Both the position numbers and the translations under genes were made by a program. The notes beneath the pieces were generated by a model. The model was not told where the DNA came from. It searched no databases and saw only the letters and a list, made by a program, of their open reading frames with translations. A stretch of DNA of 64,000 nucleotides from Paramoeba atlantica. Its lineage: Eukaryota; Protista; Discosea. Within the stretch, counting starts at the first letter, position 1. The number at the start of each line of letters is the position of its first letter. Positions 56,318 through 64,000 of this stretch are shown here, piece by piece. The stretch covers positions 198,367 through 262,366 of the forward strand of contig CDRNVI010000034.1 of the NCBI GenBank assembly GCA_977017575.1, given 5' to 3'.

Positions 56318-56420
56318 CAGGGGGGCCACGAAAACTGACTAGCTTCGCATTTTAGCCTCGTGAGGCCGTTTGAGCTAATTTTTGTTGCAAACGAGAGATC
56401 TCGTTCAGAATATCGTGTCT
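56318..56420. mobile_element. Solo left TIR of a Tc1-type element
   Basis: TA|CAGGGGGGCCACGAAAAC ... GAGAGATCTCGTTC. Confidence 0.6.
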
Positions 56421-56831
56421 ACGCTATTTAGAACCCGTTTATAAATATTTATAAGTCTGATCTTTTACATTTCGAAAATACTGAAATTTAAGACGATTTA
56501 TTTTGCAAAAAGCACAAAAAATAGTAAAAAAGTTGTTTTTCTCTTCTTTTTTTTTCACTATGGGCAAGCGGCATAGATTAAACCGTCGCCAATTGTCTCC
56601 AGAGCAGTCTTCGTATTCCACACGCATTGTTTGCGCACACGAAAGACATCGTGGTACAAGTATTGAAGACACAATCGCGGTTCGGAGAAGTCAGCTCCGA
56701 CAGTTGCGCGTCTGATTATGATGAGTAATACCTAAATTCGGAACGTCTGTACATATTTCTTTTTCATCAATAGTCTGTACATACTCGTTTATGCTATACT
56801 CCTCCTCTCATTGATTTTTATAAATATAAAC

Positions 56832-57191
56832 CACTGTCCGGGTTAATATTCCTGGTAGGAATATTAAGAAGGTATAGGAATATTAAGAGGTATAGGAATA
56901 TTAAAAAATTAGCAGAAAAGGACCAAAACATTTTCGCGCCGCTTCGCGGCGCGGTCTTTGCTCTTGTGTTCGTTTTTGGTTCTTTAGGGACTGTGTGCGC
57001 GTTGGGCTTGCTATTTTGATGAAAAAATCATCCAAAAAAGGGGAATATTGAAGGATCATTTTGGTGGATCTCAAGCAAAGACATGGTAGGTGTCAGGGAG
57101 AGAGGGGGGTAGGAATATTAAGCACCATTGGGACACTTAATATTCCTGGAAGGAGTAATACGGGGGTATAGGAATATTAACCCGGACAGTG
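56832..57191. mobile_element. 360-bp MITE with CACTG termini and subterminal GGAATATTAA repeats
   Basis: CACTGTCCGGGTTAATATTCCT ... AGGAATATTAACCCGGACAGTG; TSD not evident. Confidence 0.8.
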
Positions 57192-58041
57192 ATATAAATT
57201 ATAACAAAAAAGAAAATATATATTATATTTATAATTATAAAAATCAATGAGAATGTTTTCCAAAGATACCGGAGACCCGCCAGTAAACGACCCCCGGTAA
57301 GAGAGATTGGCTCTGGAGGCTGGCTGGTTGGCGGGGCTGAGCGGGCGGGGGTTGTTGGACGGGTAAGGGTGGGTGAGCGGGGTGAGGGTTATTGGGAGGG
57401 CTGTGATGGCTGTGGTACGGAGTTGTCTGGACAGAAAATCAATGCGCGCATGAGTAAAAGAGGTCTTAAACAGAGTGGGAAACCGAGTTCAACTCGCTTT
57501 CGAAGACGTGTGTGCGAAACACAACGTGTGTGCGATAAATATGATATATCGATTACTTGTAGAAGGGGGAGGAGCATTTACAATCAAAACAACCCAGGCT
57601 AAAATGGAAGACGGAGATACTCGTCCTTGCGCCCCCTCCTTCATCTAAGGTCTTGAGCGTCACACACGTCCAGTTAAAATTTGGCCTTTGCAGGTGCATT
57701 ACCAGAACATGTTGAAGAAGTATCTAACGAAACCAAAGCGCATACAGGTACATCAGGGCCCAAACTCTCCAAATACGCTAGAGGAGTTAATTTGGGAATC
57801 TTTTATTTTCACCCACGAATTTTCAGGTTTTCATTTCGAAAACTCACCCGACACGAAATCAGGCCACAAATCGGTCACGACGAAATAACCTACCGAGGGA
57901 ATAGTGCCTCCCTCAATATTTTTAAGCATGTCGTGAATGCTTTGTGCGAACAGAATCAAATTTATAAATTTCACAATTCTTATTTTTTTTTTCGAAAATT
58001 CTGTCTTGCCATTTATAAAAATCAATGAGAGACAGAGTATA

Positions 58042-58765
58042 CCGTATACCCCCAGTAAGAGAATGGGATTTGGGTCGAAATGGCCAAATCTCTCTTACTG
58101 GGGGGGTATGCCTTTTTGGCCAGTTTCCTCTTTTCTCCCAACTTTTTTGACTATTGTTTTGTATTTTTTCTTCGGAAAACGTGTTAAAACGCTTCTTTGG
58201 GTTACCCCCGAGGCCCCCAACATGCAAACACCCATCCCCTACCTATTTGGCTCCCAAGCCAAATCTCTCTTACTGGGGGTCAGCCCAAAAAGGGCCAAAT
58301 CTCTCTTACTGGGGGGGTATGCCTTTTTGGCCAGTTTCCTCTTTTCTCCCAACTTTTTTGACTATTTTTTTGTATTTTTTCTTCGGAAAACGTGTTAAAA
58401 CGCTTCTTTGGGTTACCCCCGAGGCCCCCAACATGCAAACACCCATCCCCTACCTATTTGGCTCCCAAGCCAAATCTCTCTTACTGGGGGTCAGCCCAAA
58501 AAGGGCCAAATCTCTCTTACTGGGGGGGTATGCCTTTTTGGCCAGTTTCCTCTTTTCTCCCAACTTTTTTGACTATTTTTTTGTATTTTTTCTTCGGAAA
58601 ACGTGTTAAAACGCTTCTTTGGGTTACCCCCGAGGCCCCCAACATGCAAACACCCATCCCCTACCTATTTGGCTCCCAAGCCAAATCTCTCTTACTGGGG
58701 GTCAGCCCAAAAAGGGCCAAATCTCTCTTACTGGGAGGGGGGTACCTTACTGGGGGGGTATACGG
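58042..58765. mobile_element. Tc2/pogo-type MITE with its 211-bp internal segment in three tandem copies
   Basis: TA|CCGTATACCCCC ... GGGGGTATACGG|TA; 211-bp period (identical ORF starts at 58392 and 58603); single-unit relative at 17832-18150. Confidence 0.92.
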
Positions 58766-58799
58766 TAGTTTCCAAAGAAAATAATAAAAAAATAAAAAA

Positions 58800-59330
58800 A
58801 CCCTCTTCTACCTCTAGGGAGGGCACTCCGCCCATCATCAGAGCCACGATACTGGAAGGGATTGCGGCTGCAGTCAACGTCTCCAGCTCCCCTCATAAGG
58901 ATACCGAGCTGGTCCAATGTACCGGTTCCCAACAGGGGTCGACCCCAACCACCCAGGTCGCAAACACGGAGATCTAACCCCCTCCCCCGAAAATCTGGCG
59001 GAACTATTGGGGAGGGGCTCTCTCCGCAAGCTTTACGCGGTTCAATGCCCCGCGTGGAGAGAACATGTGGCTAGCGTTTGTCACGATTCCCTTGACAAAT
59101 CAGTCGAAGGAAAAGCGGCGATTGCATGGAATCTTCTACTTGCAGTCAATAGATTCCTCTCTTACCCTGATGATAAACTGTCACAACGACAGTTAGCACG
59201 CGAACTCCGTGTGCGTGCTCGTCTGGAAGGATCGGAAACCTCGGCTCCGACCCCCAACCCTGCGAATGGCTCCCCCGTGTGTGTTACAAAACGGGTGGAA
59301 GAATTATCTAGGGCGGGAAAAAAGAAAAAT
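58800..59330 (+). mobile_element. Non-LTR retrotransposon fragment (pre-RT region, CRE-like)
   Basis: AW.LLLAVNRFLSYP...RARLEG...VTKRVEELSRAG resembles the helical region preceding CRE-clade RTs. Confidence 0.45.
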
Positions 59331-59534
59331 AAAATAAAATTTACTTAATCTGTCCCACTACAAGAACTTACTTCAGCGTTAATTTTGTGCATATAAAGGG
59401 GGGTCCCACTACACAAACTTTTTTCAGCCTGCATTTTGTGCATATTAAAGGGGGGTAAGGGGGGTGCATATTAAGGGGCGGGGTCACAGTAAGAAATGGA
59501 ACATGCCGCCACTGTTGAAAGAAGGGTCATGAGC

Positions 59535-59798
59535 TCAAGGACTGGTATAAGATGCCTCCTCTCCATGATAAAAGGGCTCGCTACGATGGCCCCCGAGCAA
59601 AAAAACGACGTTACATGCATTGGTCATTGTTTTATGCGTGAACTGCAGTAGTTTTCCGAATAAAGTCATGAGCTCATTGTAGAAGATTGTAAGTTTATAA
59701 GCGATAAAGGTCGGTGGAAGAACAAAAAACTCAAACATAAATCGAAATGAAAGGGACGGCTTCTCGGTGTCTACCGTATGCGGACCAAAATATTCCAA
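59535..59798 (-). mobile_element. pogo/DDE_1 transposase fragment
   Basis: VVFLLGGHRS resembles LLLLDGHSSH with catalytic Asp lost. Confidence 0.35.
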
Positions 59799-60037
59799 AA
59801 AATATCTCTAACTATCCCAAAAAATATGGGCATGAATGAAAAAACGTAGAAACCCCAATGACTTCGTAGACGTGCTGCGTAGACCGACGCTGTTCACGAA
59901 AGGGGAGTACCTTTCGTTGACGAGATCGAACTGAAATTTTAGCATTTTAGAACCGGCGTTTTTTATGTGCATTTTGAGAGTTCTGCTGCAGCAATCCGTT
60001 TCTCTGTGGACTGTTATCCTCTACTCACTCACCTTTT

Positions 60038-61980
60038 TCACTCCATCCGTCGCCTCCCCCCTCGCTGGGATCCCTCTCGTTTCTGTGCGACCGCCTTGTT
60101 TTTTTTCTCTTCCTCCTCCCTCTCCTCTGGGGTCACCAGCCACACGACATTAGCAAACTTATCGAAGTGAAACGTCCCGGGGTGTTTTAAAATTACCTGC
60201 GTCAGCCCGCCGTATCTTCGAGCCGCTTTCTTTGCGGCCTCCGGGAGCTGTGCCTGCAGCGCGTTCATCGACTTGCGACGCTCCGTGTCGGCCGCCCAAC
60301 AATCCAGCATGGCTTTCAATAGATTATCCATTAACAAATATGGATTCCCCTTCTCGTGGTCACATACCTCGTCGCGACGTCGTACGCAGTTCTCATAGAT
60401 CACATTGCCATGTGCTGTCTCCTTTTTTTGCTGGAATATATGAAACTTGTCATGGTGTTTACGAAGGAATGTCATTGGACGCCCATCATGGCGTAGATCT
60501 AAACCGTTGCGCAGCATCATGTGCTGCCTGGTATTGAGATGAGAGCTCACCAGGGGAAGCAGATCTGGCATAAGCACCGAAGAAAACTCCGGGATACGAT
60601 GGTAAATAATGTCCGCAATCTCGGCGTCGGTCATGGAGGGGGCGTCAAGCGGCAGAGAAATCCAGCCGAGTTTGGAGGAGTACACCCGCTTGAACCCCTC
60701 TCGTTTGCGGCGCTCGAAATCGACCGGAGTGAACATCGAGGTGCAGGGCTCCTCGGCGAGATTCAGAAGCTCCCGACGTGCCTCGGCGTGAGTTTCGGAA
60801 GTCAATGCGACGTCAAATGTTGCCTCCGCCTCCAGGGTGTGCTCGGTCCCCTCCACCGGCGACATCTCCGGGTAATCCTCCCTCACCAACGACCGTATCT
60901 GCCGGGTCTCACTGCGTGCGATAAGTTTCGGAAACATACACGCCATTGCGGAAAGCGTAAAAGCACTCTGGGCCCCCCATTTTGCAATCGAGGGAAATAC
61001 CCCCGCCTGAGCCTGTTCGAGGGAAACAAACTTTGTGGGAAGACAAAACGCCAGCTTCACCATCACCTCCGGCGGCATCGCATAGCTCCTGTAGCTCCCC
61101 GCTAACCTCTCATCCTTATCCACATCCCACGCCACTTTCACATTCGGCAACCTCCGGACAAATATCTCCTTCTGTTTTCCATAATACGCCTGGTCCAGCT
61201 CCGGGGTCACCAACAGCACCGTCTCCGGCCCCACCCCCCTCTCCGTCACCGTCCGTCGCACATAGGACACCACCACCGCCCACGGCACCCAGTACCCCGG
61301 GGTGATTTGCAAAACCCGCTTCCCCACATCCACCGCGGTGCCATACATCACCGTCCCGCTCCCCGGCGGGAACCGGCTCTTGGTCTCCGCCACCCAGGCG
61401 CGCCTCCCCACGTACGGCGCCCCCTCGCTGTGGTCCTTGCGCACCTCGTAGCGCGTGGCCATCTCCCCCCCCCGGGTCAGCACCTGGAGCAGCCGCGGCA
61501 CCTCCTGGGAGAGCATAATGTGCAGCAGCTCGAGCCGGATGTAACCCGCGTGGGGCACCAGGCGGTGGATCCCGTTCGCGAGGTCGGCGTCCTGCTGCAC
61601 CACGGACGGGGGGACGCGACGGAGCTGGAGCGCGGTGCCCTCCCGGTTGAGCTGGAAGTAGGTGGGGAAGGCGTGGGCGAAGGTGCGGGGGGTGCCAAAG
61701 TACTTCTCCAGTTTCACCCCGTCCCGGTAGGACAGCGCGGGGAGCAGCGCGGAGAGGGGGAGACGGCCGGGGGGAAGTTCCCGATGCGGTGCGCGCAGAG
61801 CAGACAGCGCGCGACGGTGAACACGAGGTCGAGCCCGGCGGAGCGACGGACCTCGGGGTACTGCGAGGCGACGTAGGAGGTGGTGAGGAGGTGGTCGAGG
61901 GAGGGGGGAGGGGGCGGAGGGGGGGCGCAGCGAAGGGTGGGGGTGCGGTAGTGGAGGAGGGGGAAAAGGTTGCGGTACAT
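60038..61980 (-). CDS. Mitochondrial multi-winged-helix family protein, copy 4 (one-base frameshift in a 6-G run at 61769-61774)
   Basis: MYRNLFPLLHYR presequence in frame of ORF 61714-62052 joins GRLPLSALL...FGTPRTFAHAFPTYFQL frame of ORF 60038-61717; LPEAAKKAARRYGGLTQVILKHPGTF. Confidence 0.75.
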
Positions 61981-62163
61981 GGGGGGAAGGAAGACGTGAG
62001 ATTGGAAGAGGTTAGGATTGGGGGAAATAAAAAAAGAGTTGAGTAGAAACAAGGATGTGGTTGGGAAGGTGTAGCGAGACGAATGGGAAATACCGGTGAG
62101 GTCAGTATGTTGGATTTTCTTTACAAGGGATGTTAGAGGTGTGTCGTGGCAGTGACCTGGTGC

Positions 62164-63949
62164 TTATCTGCTACCTGTGGAAGTGTTATTTTGTTGAATT
62201 GTGCTACATAATAGAACCACTACTTGTCCGCACACTCGGATATTCTTTGGATATGCCATGAAAAACTTTTGAATTCCCTTGGTTCGCAAAGATTTTTTTG
62301 CGCCATCCGGTAGACGCTCAAACAGATTACTGATGGCCATTGATTTTCGTCCAGTATCAAAGCAAGAAATTATAGCTTCAAGGAGAATTTGCGGGTCCAA
62401 AAAAATATTTCCCCGTTCCTCGGGAGAAGCTGGTTGTCGAGACAGAATATATTGGAGTCGTTTATCCTCCTTGGGTTGCTGCTCCATGCTAAAACCGCAG
62501 TTAGGATATTTGCGTATAAGCTTGACAATGCTTCCCTGGTGTCGACTTAGCAAAGCATGTTTTACTTTATCCTGAACGACACTACTGATATTACGTATAT
62601 CTGCCGTTACCTTGACCAGTGGCACGCACTCCATCTCAGGGACTCTTTCGCGTATCATTTCCAGTATCTCATGATCGGTAAACGGATTTTGCACTCTGTC
62701 TAAGAGCTTTTTCTTCCATCCGACTCGAACTTTTACCTTTTCCGTACATTTGTATGGCTGGAAAAACTTACTTGAGGGCTCGGAAGCCATGTGCAGCAAA
62801 TGTTCCAGCTCGGGGCTTGCAGCAATCTTGGTGCAAAACTCAGATTCCGCCTCAGCGGTATATTCTAGACCTGTTTCTGGGGATATATCGGGGTATTGCT
62901 TTCGTACTATGGAGCGTACGTCTTTTTCCCAATTGACTTCTATAATTTCTGGATACATTTTAACAAGGGCGGAAAAGGAAAACGCAAGATCGTTCTCGAT
63001 CCACCTTTTGACAGAAGGAAACACATTCCATTGTGCCTCCCTCTGAGAGCGAAATTCACAAGGCAACGAAAAAGCTAACTTCAAAACTTTCTTGGGACCG
63101 AGTCGGAACGATGTATGCGACACCTCACACGGAGGAAGTTCAAACTCACAATTTCGATTGTCGCGCCGAACAAAAATATCACTACTATTCGCGTAGCTGG
63201 AGAGCTGAATGGCCTGATTTAAAATTGCTGAAACTCGACTATGTCCAGCTACATCTATGGCATTACGATGTTCCGGTGGTACACGCTCTAGACACTCTTG
63301 TAAGGGTACCCAATAATGCGGTACGGCGCGAATCAACATGTCCGCCGCTTCTGCTGCCAAAAAATAAACTATGGTTATCACCAACTAAGAAAACACTAAG
63401 CAGGCAAGCTTCTGTTTCACGTTTTAATATGAATCGTTTCTTATTTGAATCAATAGCCGTTGTATATATTTTTTGTAGATCCTCGTTGTTTAAGAACAAT
63501 TGGTAAACCGTCGCAGAAGATATATTGCCAAACAGATGACACAGTAACTCAAGATGAACGAAACCTATTGGAGGCATTATAGACTCCAGCACCTTTTGCA
63601 ATGCCTTCTCGTTGATGTCTTTTTCAGGAATCGGAGGGACTCGCTCAATGAGGTCTCGATCGGGAAAAATGCGGAAAACACTTGGGTAGTTAGAAAAAAG
63701 GTTATTAATAGATCCCCAATACTCCACTATCTTAGATCTCTTTTGCTCCTTCCATCTTGCTCTCACATTCGACAGTGAACCCCTCCAAGGCCGTGCGTTG
63801 TAGCCCGTTCGATTATTTACGCGGTCACAAAGCGTCAGACACGTCCAACTAAGCGTCTCAAACGCAAGTATGTTGCGCGCCAAAATTTTCATGCTGGCGC
63901 GACATGATAAATCTTTCTGTTGGACTCTGATGCGCGAGAATAGAAACAT
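62164..63949 (-). CDS. Mitochondrial multi-winged-helix family protein, copy 5 (one-base frameshift in a 6-A run at 63359-63364)
   Basis: MFLFSRIR; WGSINNLFSNYPSVF (ORF 63263-63949) continues as LAAEAADMLIRAVPHYWVP..LAFSLP..FPSVKRWI..LPDGAKKSLRTKGIQKFFMAYPKNI (ORF 62164-63384). Confidence 0.75.
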
Positions 63950-64000
63950 TGGGTTTATGTGCTCTATCCTTTTGCAAACACTTTGTGTTATTATTCAGTG

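Noticed and set aside
58084-58740. CRISPR-like regular repeats
   Set aside because: The whole 211-bp unit is repeated with no unique spacers, it lies within MITE termini, the genome is eukaryotic, and there are no cas genes.
1-64000. Spliced-leader RNA gene, rRNA or tRNA genes
   Set aside because: No mini-exon-like (ACAGTTTCTGTA-type) or structural RNA signature was found by eye; a covariance-model search could still find divergent ones.

Overview
Eukaryotic nuclear DNA, most likely a kinetoplastid of the Perkinsela/prokinetoplastid type. This is inferred, not proven, from a trypanothione-synthetase-type gene, a mitochondrial PIF1-like gene, a dispersed LRR family, and intronless genes. All recognisable host genes lie on the minus strand behind polypyrimidine tracts, as in a polycistronic trans-spliced unit. 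Host genes: 3 LRR proteins, a COX5B-family subunit, a SAMTOR/BMT2-like protein, an OMS1-like methyltransferase, a degenerate PIF1-like helicase, a PGES2-like GST, an amidase-less trypanothione/glutathionylspermidine synthetase, HisRS, frataxin, AlaRS, a TFIP11/Ntr1-like protein, an elongated eIF1A, and two unknown ORFs. There is also a five-member array of highly diverged ~570-650 aa, mitochondrion-targeted-looking proteins built from repeated winged-helix (LOTUS/OST-HTH-like) modules (45.8-64 kb). Intergenic space is full of mobile-element remains: Tc1/mariner elements and MITEs with TA TSDs, pogo/Tc2-like MITEs, and hAT-like, Merlin, TATE-like tyrosine recombinase and CRE/SLACS-like RT fragments. 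The most unusual signals are (1) seven ~1 kb GC-rich islands in which GC skew flips from C-rich to G-rich inside coding sequence, including at synonymous sites, (2) the mitochondrial multi-wHTH gene array, and (3) an AGATCTCG-type motif at a nearly fixed 79 nt from the ends of otherwise dissimilar Tc1-family TIRs. No database searches were possible; family calls rest on motif recognition.
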